Numbered from the stretch's first letter, positions 1 through 12,074 are shown. The stretch: 30,800 nucleotides of DNA from Candidatus Eiseniibacteriota bacterium (GCA_031370785.1 JANMQY010000135.1:1-30800), one strand, 5' to 3'. Numbers and translations: made by a program. The notes: generated from the letters alone by a model not told the origin.

Positions 1-26
1 GGCGTGTTGCGCCCGGCGCGGGCGTT

Positions 27-50
27 CCGGCGGCGAAACGCGCCGGTTTT
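27..50 (+). terminator. Possible intrinsic terminator of an upstream gene
   Basis: Hairpin ccggcg(27-32)...cgccgg(41-46), with an inner cg-aaa-cg, followed by tttt (47-50). Confidence 0.35.
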
Positions 51-69
51 GGGCGGCCTTCGACGGGTG

Positions 70-78
70 TGCTAGTCT
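70..78 (+). promoter_or_regulatory. Possible extended -10 promoter for valS
   Basis: TG-c-TAGTCT at 70-78, about 63 nt before the proposed valS ATG. Motif match only. Confidence 0.3.
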
Positions 79-141
79 CCGTCGCTCATTTTCACGCAGG
101 TCCTGCAAACGCGGCCCCGCGTGATCCCCCCTGGAGGTCCG

Positions 142-2802
<2,661 letters not shown>

Positions 2803-3210
2803 ATGACCCGGGGACCGACGCCGCGGAGCGTAGCCCCGCGCAGCGTGACTGCGCGCCGGACTCCGGCTACGCGGAGCGTGGCCCCGCGCACCAGCTATCT
2901 GCGCATCTACGATGTGGTGCGCCGAATTCCGCGCGGGCGGGTCGCGACTTACGGCGGCGTGGCCGCCGCTGCCGGCCTGCCGCATGCGCCGCGTGTCGCC
3001 GGCTACGCGCTCCACGCGCTGCCTCAGGGCTCGCCCATCCCGTGGCATCGCGTGGTCGGGGCGGGAGGGCGCCTCAGCCTCGCGCGCCTGAGCCCCGATG
3101 GCGCGACCACACAGCGGCTGAGGCTCGAGCGCGAAGGCGTGCGCTTCGATGGCCGCGGCCGGGTGATGCTCGACGCGCACGAATGGCGGGGCGCGAAGGC
3201 GCGGCGCTAG
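2803..3210 (+). CDS. MGMT-family alkyltransferase-like (ATL/YbaZ-type) DNA-binding protein
   Basis: IYDVVRRIPRGRVATYGGVA...PRVAGYAL...PWHRVV. Trp replaces the catalytic Cys of the PCHR motif. ATG directly follows the valS TAG. Confidence 0.85.
   Translation: MTRGPTPRSVAPRSVTARRTPATRSVAPRTSYLRIYDVVRRIPRGRVATYGGVAAAAGLPHAPRVAGYALHALPQGSPIPWHRVVGAGGRLSLARLSPDGATTQRLRLEREGVRFDGRGRVMLDAHEWRGAKARR
2822..2890 (+). repeat. Imperfect 21-bp direct repeat in the 5' end of the ATL gene
   Basis: cgcggagcgtagccccgcgca (2822-2842) and cgcggagcgtggccccgcgca (2870-2890), one mismatch. Encodes RSVAPR twice. Confidence 0.75.
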
Positions 3211-4289
3211 CCGCCGATCAGCAGATCCACGATGCGCTCGCCGCTGTGGCCGTCTCCGAACGGATTCGGCCAGTCGCGCGCCTTGGACTGCATGGTGCGC
3301 GCGCAGCGGACGATGTTCCCGGACTCGGCGCCCGCCAGAATGTTGGCGCCGACCTCGAGCGATTCCGGCCGCTCGGTGTTGTCGCGCAGCGTGACGCACG
3401 GCACGTGGAGGCAGCACGCTTCCTCCTGAAGTCCGCCCGAGTCCGTGACCATCAGGCCGGCCTCGCGGTGGAGTCCAAGGAACTCGAGATAGCCGAGCGG
3501 AGGCAGCAGACGCACCGCGCCGTCCACGCGCACGCCCAGCGTCTCGAGCATCTTCGAAGTGCGCGGGTGGAGCGCGGCCAGCACCTGGAACCCGAGGTCG
3601 CGCGCGATTCCGGCGAGTCCCTCGAAGATGCCGCGCAGCCGCGTCTCGTCGTCCACGTTCTCGGCGCGGTGAACGGTCGCCAGCGCGAATTTCCGTGGCT
3701 CGACTCCGAAGCGCTCGAGCAGGCCGTTCATGGGCACGCGCTCGCGCTGGAGCATCAGCTCGTCGACCACCGTGTTGCCGGTCACCCGGATACGCTCCTC
3801 GCCGACGCCTTCGCCGCGCAGGATCGTGCGTGCGTGCGTGGTGGGCGCGAACAGCAGATCCGAGAGATGGTCGGTGAGGATGCGGTTGATCTCTTCCGGC
3901 ATATTTCGGTCGTAGGAGCGCAGCCCGGCCTCGACGTGACCCACCTTGATGCCGAGCTTGTGCGCGGTGAGCCCCGCCGCGAGCACGGTGTTGGTGTCGC
4001 CCTGCACCAGCACCCAGTCGGGCTTCTCGCGCGAGAGCAGCGCGTCCATGCCGCTGACGATCGCTCCGATCTGATAGGCGTGCGAGCCCGAGCCCACTTC
4101 GAGATTGTGGTCTGCCGCGGGCAGGCCGAGCTGATCGAAGAACACGCCGTCCAGCTCGAACGAGTAGTGCTGGCCGGTATGGAGCAGCAGGAACGGAACC
4201 TTCTTCTTCTGGCAGGCGCGCACCACCGGCGCCATCTTGATGATCTCGGGACGCGTGCCGACCACCACCGCGATCCGGGGCAGGCTCAC
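3207..4289 (-). CDS. wecB: UDP-N-acetylglucosamine 2-epimerase (non-hydrolysing)
   Basis: GTRPEIIKMAP, HTGQHY, VQGDTNT, HVEAGLRS, MPEEINR, TDSGGLQEEA, RDNTERPE, NPFGDG. Confidence 0.93.
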   Translation of the reverse strand: MSLPRIAVVVGTRPEIIKMAPVVRACQKKKVPFLLLHTGQHYSFELDGVFFDQLGLPAADHNLEVGSGSHAYQIGAIVSGMDALLSREKPDWVLVQGDTNTVLAAGLTAHKLGIKVGHVEAGLRSYDRNMPEEINRILTDHLSDLLFAPTTHARTILRGEGVGEERIRVTGNTVVDELMLQRERVPMNGLLERFGVEPRKFALATVHRAENVDDETRLRGIFEGLAGIARDLGFQVLAALHPRTSKMLETLGVRVDGAVRLLPPLGYLEFLGLHREAGLMVTDSGGLQEEACCLHVPCVTLRDNTERPESLEVGANILAGAESGNIVRCARTMQSKARDWPNPFGDGHSGERIVDLLIGG

Positions 4290-5602
4290 GCGGCGTTTCC
4301 CGAGGCGGCCCGCACTCCGGTTTCCGCGGCCAGACCGGACATCATCTCCTCGACCACGTCACAGCACGAGTTCCACGAGTTGACGCGCGGGTAGACCTGC
4401 GCCGTGCACGCGAGATAGAGCCGTCCCGGAATCACCGAGGTCGGCGGACGGAGCTGGTTGTAGCCGAGCGTCCAGATCGGCTCGACGAACGGTGCGCGGA
4501 ACAGGAACTGGTCGACGACCGTGCGCCCCGCCTCCGGGAATAGCGACTCGAGGTCGCGCCGATAGGCCGCGAGCAGCTCGGCATCGCTCTTCTTGAACAT
4601 CTCGCTCGAGCGGTGCGTGTAGTTGACGAGATAGGTCACATAGAGTCCGTTCGAGCGCTCGAGCGGCACCAGGTTCGACATCTCGATCACGCCCTGGCAG
4701 GTCGCGCCACTGTCCACGGTCGGCATCCAGTAGTAGCGCGACAGCGGTTTCTCCATGAGAAAGACCCCGCTGACCACGCCCTGATAGTCGAGCTTGAGAT
4801 CGGCGATCCTGGGGTCGAGCGCGAGGCCTTTCGTCATCTGCTGGAAGCGGATCAGGGGCGAGGTCGCAACCACCAGGTCGAAGCTCTCGCGACTGCCGTC
4901 GGCGTAGCGCAGCACCATGCGCTCCCCGTCGCGCTCGATCGCTTCAACCGAGGTGCCCAGGCGCACCTCGCCGTCGCGGCGCAGCGCGGACTCGAACGCG
5001 TCGATCAGGGATCGGTAGCCGCGCTTCAAGCAGCCCTTCACCTCGCGCTTGGTGTTCTTCTCCCGGCTCATCCGGCTGGATAGCCACAGCGCGGGAATCC
5101 CGGCGTAGCCGTCGCCGATCTTGGCTTCGAGGAGCGGTTTCCACAGGATCTCGAACGCGCGCGATCCGACCATGCCGCGGATCCAGTCCGCCACCGCCAC
5201 GTTGTCGAGGTGCGGGCTCATGCCGTGCGTGCGGGCGCGAATGCCCATCAGCCCCATGCGCAGGCGATCCACGATCGACAGTGGGCTGAAGCGGAGCAGA
5301 TCCATCGGCGTGTTCATCGGATACACGCGGCGCCGGTACATGAAGCCCATGTCGGTGCCGCGCCACAGCAGCTCGTTGTCGAGCCCGAGATCCTGAATGA
5401 TCCGGATCAGCGCGTCGTCGTCGGGGAGGATGCAGTGGTAGAAGCGCTCGAGGTTGCCGCTCCTGTAGGGAAAGGTCGTGCCGAGCCCGCCGAGAAAGCT
5501 CTCGCTCTCGATCAGCGTGACCCGAAACCCAAGCCGGGAAAGCCGAAAGGCCGAGGCCAGACCCGAAATTCCCCCCCCGATCACTGCTGCTGTGCGCTGC
5601 AT
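4286..5602 (-). CDS. FAD-dependent oxidoreductase (amine oxidase/protoporphyrinogen oxidase-like, glycan-locus type)
   Basis: N-terminal Rossmann motif VIGGGISGLASAFRL...VTLIE...LGG, then ERFYH. AGGAG just upstream favours ATG 5602 over GTG 5641. The stop overlaps the wecB start. Confidence 0.8.
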   Translation of the reverse strand: MQRTAAVIGGGISGLASAFRLSRLGFRVTLIESESFLGGLGTTFPYRSGNLERFYHCILPDDDALIRIIQDLGLDNELLWRGTDMGFMYRRRVYPMNTPMDLLRFSPLSIVDRLRMGLMGIRARTHGMSPHLDNVAVADWIRGMVGSRAFEILWKPLLEAKIGDGYAGIPALWLSSRMSREKNTKREVKGCLKRGYRSLIDAFESALRRDGEVRLGTSVEAIERDGERMVLRYADGSRESFDLVVATSPLIRFQQMTKGLALDPRIADLKLDYQGVVSGVFLMEKPLSRYYWMPTVDSGATCQGVIEMSNLVPLERSNGLYVTYLVNYTHRSSEMFKKSDAELLAAYRRDLESLFPEAGRTVVDQFLFRAPFVEPIWTLGYNQLRPPTSVIPGRLYLACTAQVYPRVNSWNSCCDVVEEMMSGLAAETGVRAASGNAA

Positions 5603-5745
5603 CCATGCTCCTGATTCGAGCGCCTTCGGGGCGCGTTTCACCGTCGTGTGAGGCCACCCGAGCGCAGGAGGCGGCGAACAGTATGAAGGGGAGTGGCGCT
5701 CCGCCGCAACTTCGCGGGCGTCGAGTCAGCCGCGGCCGGGATCGG

Positions 5746-7218
5746 TCAGCGCGCAGGAGCGCTGGAATCGGCAGGCGCGGGTCGACCGGTCCAGACCGTC
5801 GCCCGCTCCAGCGTGAGAATCGGGCCGCGGGCCGCGCGCGCGATGGCATTCTCCGCCTCGGAGGCACCTTCATAGCCCGAGCGGTACGAGACGCCCATCC
5901 ACGGCCGGGCGCTGGCGCTCAGCGAGTCGAGAAACGCGCGCGTCACCCGCCATTCGGCCGGCACGACGAGATCGCCTTCGTAGTAGGGAAGCGCCGATTC
6001 GCCGAGCAGCAGGAGGTGGAGTCCCGGATCGAGCCGGTAGTGGCGCGCGAACAGCAGGCTGTGCGCATCCGCGTGCAGCACGACCTCGCCGGGCGTGACG
6101 CGCGGGGCGAGCCAGGCTTCGGCCTGGCTGAGATGCGCGGCCTCGACCTGCTTTCCGCGCAGGACCGTGGCCCGTACCGCCGAAACCAGCACGATCGCGA
6201 TCGCCGCGAGGCGGAGCACGCGCGGGCGGATTCCGGCGAGTCCGGCGGCGACCAGCAGGCACACCGCGGGGAGCGTGAAGAACATGTAGCGCTCGACGAA
6301 CACGCCGGCGCCGCGCATCGCGAACACCCACAGCGCCAGCATCGGCGCGAGCGAGGTCATCCACAGCAGCGACGCTGCCCGGCGCTCGTTCCGCCGAGCG
6401 AGCGGGAGCAGCGCGAGCGCGAGCATCGGCACGATCAGATAGCGGGGCCCCAGCGATAGCAGGCGCATGACATTGAGCAGGGAGGCGGGGGTGGCGGCCT
6501 TGACCCAGTGGTCGATGTGCATGCGCTGGGCCTGCATCATCAGCGTCGGCAGCTGCGGAGCGAACACCACGGCCACGGCGAGGTTGAGAGCGATCCAGCG
6601 CACGGCCTGCCTGCGGTCGCGGCCCGCGGTGACCAGCCCCCATATCGTGAGGAACACCAGCACCGGGCCGGCAAGGTAGTGCGTGTACAGCGCCACCGCG
6701 GCGCCGAGCACGTAAAGCGCGCCGTCGCGTCTCTTGCCAGATTCGAACCAGCGCCACGCGCGCCACGCCGCGAAGGTGAGCGCCAGGAATAGAAGCGCGT
6801 AGGAGCGCGATTCCTGCGAGAAGGCCACGTGCGCCGGATGAACCGCGAGCAGCGCCGCGGCGAGCAGCCCGCAGCGCTTGCCGAACAGGTCGCGTCCCAT
6901 GAAGAACAGCATCACGACGTTGGCGACGCCGATGAGAATGGAGAGCGATTTGATCCACAGGTCGCTCTCGCCGCCGAGAACGCGCCATGCCGACACCAGC
7001 AGGTAGTGCAGCGGCGGGTGGACGTCCCCGGCCACCAGGTGGAGCAGGTCGGGAACCGGGTGGCGCGCGATCCACAGGGTGTAGATCTCATCGAACCAGA
7101 GGCGGGTGCCGATCGCAGCCCACACCCGAACCGCCACCGCCACCACCAGCACCAGCGCTCCGATCAGGAGCTCGCCGCGGTCGAACTTGCTGGTCTCGAT
7201 TCGTGGCTCGGCGTGCAC
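5746..7218 (-). CDS. GT-C fold glycosyltransferase (GT39/PMT_2, ArnT-like)
   Basis: LWFDE, DVHPPLHYLL, SQESRSYAL, LYTHY and ERY motifs, with many hydrophobic segments. GGAGG upstream of GTG 7218 (ORF track starts at 7296). Confidence 0.85.
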   Translation of the reverse strand: MHAEPRIETSKFDRGELLIGALVLVVAVAVRVWAAIGTRLWFDEIYTLWIARHPVPDLLHLVAGDVHPPLHYLLVSAWRVLGGESDLWIKSLSILIGVANVVMLFFMGRDLFGKRCGLLAAALLAVHPAHVAFSQESRSYALLFLALTFAAWRAWRWFESGKRRDGALYVLGAAVALYTHYLAGPVLVFLTIWGLVTAGRDRRQAVRWIALNLAVAVVFAPQLPTLMMQAQRMHIDHWVKAATPASLLNVMRLLSLGPRYLIVPMLALALLPLARRNERRAASLLWMTSLAPMLALWVFAMRGAGVFVERYMFFTLPAVCLLVAAGLAGIRPRVLRLAAIAIVLVSAVRATVLRGKQVEAAHLSQAEAWLAPRVTPGEVVLHADAHSLLFARHYRLDPGLHLLLLGESALPYYEGDLVVPAEWRVTRAFLDSLSASARPWMGVSYRSGYEGASEAENAIARAARGPILTLERATVWTGRPAPADSSAPAR

Positions 7219-7477
7219 GCTCGGTGGCCTCCTCCCTGCGCCTGGCAATGATCCGGACAAGTAAACCACACTCGGCGCGACGCGAAGGCGTAACATCTCG
7301 GGCCGATGGAATCAGTGCGCGGGGGAAGCGGCGATCGCGGAAACCACCGACACCGACGCGACGCCCGGGCCTTGACCCGCTTCCAAGTCGCGCCCTATCC
7401 TCGCGGCGCGACCGCGCCGCTTCGATGCACGACCGACACGTCCGAAGCGCGCATCCACCTCATGACCGGGAGCCGGC

Positions 7478-9058
7478 TTGCCTACTGATTCGCCGGTGAA
7501 CCGCAGCCGGCTGCATCGATTTGCATGGCTGCTCGCGGCCGCCGCCCTGATCGCTCTGCGCATTCCGCATCTGGTCGGCCCGCTGGTGGATCCCCACTCC
7601 TGGCGCCAGTGCGACACGGTCCATACCAGCCTCGACTTCTATCACCGCGGACTCGACGTGCTTCACCCGGCGGTGTGCTGGCTCGGCGCGCATCGCACCA
7701 TCCTGCTCAACTTCCCGCTGGCCGAAGCGATCACCTCGCTGGTCTACCGGGTGTTTGGGCCCGATCCGATGTGGGACCGCATCGTGCAGCTGGGGTTCTT
7801 CATTCTCTCCGCGGTGTGGCTGCACGCACTCGCCGCGCACCTCGCCGGCACCCGCACCGCGCGACTCACCACCCTGGCCTACCTCGCGCTGCCGCTCGGA
7901 CAGTTTTTCTCGCGCGTGCCGCACATCGAGTTCAGCGTGCTCGCGTTTGTGAACGGAGCGCTGTACTACGCGAACCTCGCATGCACGCGGCGGAGCACCG
8001 CGGCCGCGGTGGCCGCGGCCGCGTGCGGCGTGCTGGCGGCGCTGGTCAAGGCGCCCTACCTCGGCACCACCGCCTTCGCACTGATCGTGCTCATGGTCGC
8101 GACCTGGTCGCTGTCCAACCTGCTCCGGCTCGCGCTCGCCTACGGAGTTCCGGCGGTCGTGTTCCTGTTCTGGCGCGATTACGTGGACCGGGTCAATGCG
8201 ACCGTGCCCGACTGGTACTTCCTGCCCGACTTCTACAAGGAAGTGAATCCGCTGTGGCGCTACACCGGGACGCTCGCGGAACGGCAGGACATCCGCAACT
8301 GGATCAAGCTCGCGAAACGGGTGGTCTACGAGATCGCAACTCCGCTCGGATGCCTGTTCGCGCTGGCGGCGCCGATGTGGGCGGGGAGGGTCGCTCCGGG
8401 CGCAGTCGCTCCGATCGGGGACTCCGCCGGGGCGGGGCGACGGCCCGACGCGCGCTGGTTCGCGATCGCGTGGCTCGCGGGGTGTCTCCTTTACCTGCTG
8501 GTATTCTTCCGGCTGAATGCGTGGCACAACTACTATCAGACGCCTTTCCTCGCGCCGACCGCGCTGCTCATCGCGCTCGGCGTCGACGCCTTGTGGGATC
8601 GCCTGCCGCGACTCGGGCGCGTCCCGCTCACCGGGATCGCGCTGGCCGCGTTCCTCGTGACCGCCGCATGGCTGCCTTCGCGCATCGGCTACGACCAGGT
8701 GGACTGGCTGCGCACCGAGGCTGGACCCGTGATTGCCGCGCGCGTGCCCGAAAGTCAGCTGGTGGTGGCGGGCGATTTCAACACGCTGCCGCCGACCGAC
8801 CCGCGCCTGCTGTTCCGCGCTGGCCGTGAGGGGTGGCCGATGCGCGTCCACGAGATCACCGCGGAGCGGCTCGAGAAGCTCCGGCCGTACGGCGCGCGCT
8901 GGGTGGTGGTGCTCACCGATCCCCAGCATCCGGACGTGCAGCCTCCCGCGTTCCTCGAGCCGATACGCGTCGCCACCGATCCCGTGATGCACGCCGGTCG
9001 CCAGATCGGAACCGTGCACGTGTTCGATCTCACGCGCGGACGCGCGGTGGGGCCATGA
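7478..9058 (+). CDS. GT-C fold (ArnT/GT39-like) membrane glycosyltransferase
   Basis: HSWRQCDT in the first loop, then LNFP, LVK and HNYYQ, in a polytopic membrane protein. Start uncertain (TTG 7478 or GTG 7496). Confidence 0.7.
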   Translation: MPTDSPVNRSRLHRFAWLLAAAALIALRIPHLVGPLVDPHSWRQCDTVHTSLDFYHRGLDVLHPAVCWLGAHRTILLNFPLAEAITSLVYRVFGPDPMWDRIVQLGFFILSAVWLHALAAHLAGTRTARLTTLAYLALPLGQFFSRVPHIEFSVLAFVNGALYYANLACTRRSTAAAVAAAACGVLAALVKAPYLGTTAFALIVLMVATWSLSNLLRLALAYGVPAVVFLFWRDYVDRVNATVPDWYFLPDFYKEVNPLWRYTGTLAERQDIRNWIKLAKRVVYEIATPLGCLFALAAPMWAGRVAPGAVAPIGDSAGAGRRPDARWFAIAWLAGCLLYLLVFFRLNAWHNYYQTPFLAPTALLIALGVDALWDRLPRLGRVPLTGIALAAFLVTAAWLPSRIGYDQVDWLRTEAGPVIAARVPESQLVVAGDFNTLPPTDPRLLFRAGREGWPMRVHEITAERLEKLRPYGARWVVVLTDPQHPDVQPPAFLEPIRVATDPVMHAGRQIGTVHVFDLTRGRAVGP

Positions 9059-9146
9059 TCGTGAACCTGCTGCGGCTTTCGGTGTTCGCGGTCTCGGCGG
9101 CGGCCGCGCCCGGCATCCGCCCTTCGCCCGGCACCAGCCGCGTGCA

Positions 9147-10040
9147 TTGACCGTGGCGCGCCCGGTCGCGACGGTCAGCGTGGACGTCGATCCCGTCGAT
9201 CTGCACCTGATCGGCTACGGGCACCGCGGCCTGCCGCCCGATGCGCTCTCCTACACGGTCGCGCTCCCGCGTCTGATCGACGCCTTTGCGCGCGCCGGAA
9301 TTCGCGCGACGCTGTTCGTTGTCGGACGCGACGCGCCGGTGCATGCAGGCGTGCTGCGCGCTCTGACCCACGCGGGGCACGAGGTGGCGTCGCATTCGAT
9401 GACCCACCCGCTGGCGCTCGCCAGCCTTGATGAAGAACACCTGCACGAAGAGCTGGTGGTGTCGCGCACCGTGCTCGAAGCCGCGTGCGGCCAGCCCATG
9501 GTCGGCTTCCGCTCGCCCAACTACGACATGGACGGACGAACGCTGCGCCGACTCGAAGCGGCGGGCTATCGCTACGACGCCTCGGGCTATCCGACGCCGT
9601 TCCTGCTTCCGGCGCGTCTGCTGCTTGCGCTCAAGAGCTCGGACCCGGCGGCGATCTTCAACCTCAAGCTCTGGCCGTTCACCTGGCGGCGCGCGCCCTA
9701 TCGAACGCGCGGGCTGATGGAATTCCCGGTGTCGGTCACTCCAATCGTTCGCTTCCCCTTCTATCACACCGCGCGCTACGTCATGTCCGAGACGCGCTTC
9801 CTCAAATTGCTCGAAGGTTTCGCGCGCCGCGCCGAGCCGCTGTCCTACGTGGTACACGCGGTGGACGTGCTCGGGATGGTCGAGGACAAGGTGGATGCGA
9901 GGCTGAGGCCACATCCCGGCATGGAGCTTCCGCTCGAACAGAAGCTGGCGATCCTCGATCGCGCTCTGGCCGCGATCGCCGCCGCGTTCGAGACCCTTCC
10001 GTTCCGCGACCGTCTCGACGCGAAGCCGGGCGCCCGCTAG
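9147..10040 (+). CDS. Polysaccharide deacetylase family (CE4/NodB-like)
   Basis: SVDVD, RATLFVVG, GHEVASHSMTH, GFRSPNY and YRYDAS motifs. Confidence 0.85.
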   Translation: MTVARPVATVSVDVDPVDLHLIGYGHRGLPPDALSYTVALPRLIDAFARAGIRATLFVVGRDAPVHAGVLRALTHAGHEVASHSMTHPLALASLDEEHLHEELVVSRTVLEAACGQPMVGFRSPNYDMDGRTLRRLEAAGYRYDASGYPTPFLLPARLLLALKSSDPAAIFNLKLWPFTWRRAPYRTRGLMEFPVSVTPIVRFPFYHTARYVMSETRFLKLLEGFARRAEPLSYVVHAVDVLGMVEDKVDARLRPHPGMELPLEQKLAILDRALAAIAAAFETLPFRDRLDAKPGAR

Positions 10041-10113
10041 TCTGACGCGGAAGAAATCCCGAACGCCGGGCCTATGGGGCACGACGCCCCGCCCGATCCT
10101 CCCGGAGGAAACC

Positions 10114-11469
10114 ATGACTCATCGCTCCGCCGTCGCCATCGTTCTCACGCTCACCGCACTCGTTGTGCCCGCTGCGGCGCGCGCCGCCGGATCTTCGATC
10201 ACCGTCTATACGCGCGATCTCGGCCTGGTGCGCGAGCAGCGCACGCTCACGCTGACCGGCGCCCGCGACACGCTGCGGCTGGTCGATGTGCCCGAGAGCA
10301 TGGACTTCGCCTCGGTGCGGCTGGTTCCCGAGGGCGGCTCGCGCGTGACCCGTCTCGCGTATCGCTTCGATGTGATGAACGGAGACGCGCTGATCGATCA
10401 CGCGCGTGGCCGGCGCGTGCGCGTGAGTGGGAGGGACAACCGCGTGAACGAGGGCGCGCTGCTCGCGGCGGATGGCTCATGGCTGGTGGTGCGCGCCGAT
10501 GACGGTGCACTGAGCACGCTCTCTCGCGCCCAGGTCGACGAAGTGCGGCTCGCCGATCCTCCGAGCGGACTGTCGCTGCGTCCCACGCTGGAGGCGGTGC
10601 TCGAAGGCGGTCGCGCCGGGCGCGTCGATGCCGAGCTGAGCTACCTGACCGGCGGACTCTCGTGGGATGCCGAGCATACGGTGGTGCGGCGCGGCGAAGG
10701 CGCGGCGCGCTGGGGCACCTCGGTCACGGTGATCAACACCACCGGCCGGACCTGGGAGAACGCCGAGCTCAAGCTCGTGGCCGGCGATCCGCGGCGCACC
10801 CAGCCGAGGCCGATGCCGATGACCATGATGCGCGCCCAGGCCGAGGGAATGCAGAAGATGGCGGATGGCGCCGATCTCAGCGAGGAGGCGTTCGCGGAGT
10901 ATCACCTCTACTCGCTCGGCCGGCCGGCCACGCTGCGCGATCGCGAGACCCAGAGCCTGACCATGCTCGATCCGCGCGATGTCAAGGTCACGCCGCGCTA
11001 CGTCTACCGCGGCGCCGACCCGCACGGCGTGGCCAGCGTGCTCGAGATCATGAACGCCAAGGATGCTGGCCTCGGCGTGCCGCTGCCGGCCGGACGCGTG
11101 CGCTTCTACGAAGCCGATGCCTCGGGCGCGCTGCAGTTCACGGGCGAGACGCGCATCGGGCACACGGCGGTCGACGAGAAGATGACGCTCGAAGTGGGCA
11201 TGGCCTTCGATCTGGTGGCGGAGCGCAAGGAGGCGTACAACAACCGCGTCTCGGACCACGAGCGCGAGTACCAGGTGGTGATCGAGCTGCGCAATCGCAA
11301 GAAGAACGACGTGGTGATCCGCGTCGAGGAGAACGTCGGCGGGGACATCGAGGTCACGAAGAAGACCCACGAGTTCACGCGCAAGGACGCGAACACCCTG
11401 GTCTTCAACGTGCCGGTGCCGAAGGGGCAGAAGGTGACCCTGAGCTACACCGCTCGGGTGAGGTTCTAG
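10114..11469 (+). CDS. Secreted DUF4139-type protein
   Basis: Signal peptide ending AARA. ITVYTRDLGLVRE, LSYLTGGLSW, LKLVAGD, EYHLYSL, GLGVPLPAGRVRFY and AFDLVAER. GGAGG SD at 10104-10108. Confidence 0.8.
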   Translation: MTHRSAVAIVLTLTALVVPAAARAAGSSITVYTRDLGLVREQRTLTLTGARDTLRLVDVPESMDFASVRLVPEGGSRVTRLAYRFDVMNGDALIDHARGRRVRVSGRDNRVNEGALLAADGSWLVVRADDGALSTLSRAQVDEVRLADPPSGLSLRPTLEAVLEGGRAGRVDAELSYLTGGLSWDAEHTVVRRGEGAARWGTSVTVINTTGRTWENAELKLVAGDPRRTQPRPMPMTMMRAQAEGMQKMADGADLSEEAFAEYHLYSLGRPATLRDRETQSLTMLDPRDVKVTPRYVYRGADPHGVASVLEIMNAKDAGLGVPLPAGRVRFYEADASGALQFTGETRIGHTAVDEKMTLEVGMAFDLVAERKEAYNNRVSDHEREYQVVIELRNRKKNDVVIRVEENVGGDIEVTKKTHEFTRKDANTLVFNVPVPKGQKVTLSYTARVRF

Positions 11470-12074
11470 CGATAGAGAACCTTGAGACGTCCCCAGGTCG
11501 TGGCCTTCGTCGGAGTCGACGTATCGCTGAGGATGCGCAGTGTTCCCCGGTACTCCAACCCGAAGGACCACGGGCCCCCCATGGACCGCTGGGCGTTCAG
11601 AAGGAAAGGCGGGTTGAGATTGCGACTCCACCCGAAGTAATCCCCGGCGGCGATGGGCGAGACGATCAGCCAGTACTTCGTGCCTCCCGTGAGCAAGGGT
11701 CGGACGACTGAGCTGACCATCTGAATGGAGGCAACGTCTCCGAAACAACAGATGGGCATTGTCTCGAGCACCGAGCCCGGTACGTCGCCGCCATCGGTCA
11801 TCAGGGAGAGGTTCACGCCCGTACCGCCCGCAAGCCGGAAGGCGGCGATCTCGATCGTCTGGACCACACCATTCTCGGCGGGGGTGAACTGCAGTCCCTG
11901 GACGTAGACCCCCGAGCCGCCGATCGACCACCCGGAGGTCATGTCGAAGGTGTCGCCAGGGCCGAAGGTGGAGAAGAGGATGGTCGAGGCGCTGGCAGGG
12001 CTGGCCCCCAGGTGGCAGGCCAGAGCGAGCATCAGGACTGAAGCGGAGGCGTACAGCAGTCGCTTGAGGAACAT
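11466..12074 (-). CDS. Secreted hypothetical protein with a C-terminal TWGRLKVLYR tail
   Basis: Signal-like N-terminus MFLKRLLYASASVLMLALACHLGASPASA, a beta-rich body (QFTP...PGSVLE...LTGGTKYWLIV) and C-terminal PTKATTWGRLKVLYR. Convergent CTAG overlap with the preceding gene. Confidence 0.7.
   Translation of the reverse strand: MFLKRLLYASASVLMLALACHLGASPASASTILFSTFGPGDTFDMTSGWSIGGSGVYVQGLQFTPAENGVVQTIEIAAFRLAGGTGVNLSLMTDGGDVPGSVLETMPICCFGDVASIQMVSSVVRPLLTGGTKYWLIVSPIAAGDYFGWSRNLNPPFLLNAQRSMGGPWSFGLEYRGTLRILSDTSTPTKATTWGRLKVLYR

Noticed and set aside
79..141. T-box riboswitch upstream of valS
   Set aside because: No T-box consensus was seen, and the leader is too short.
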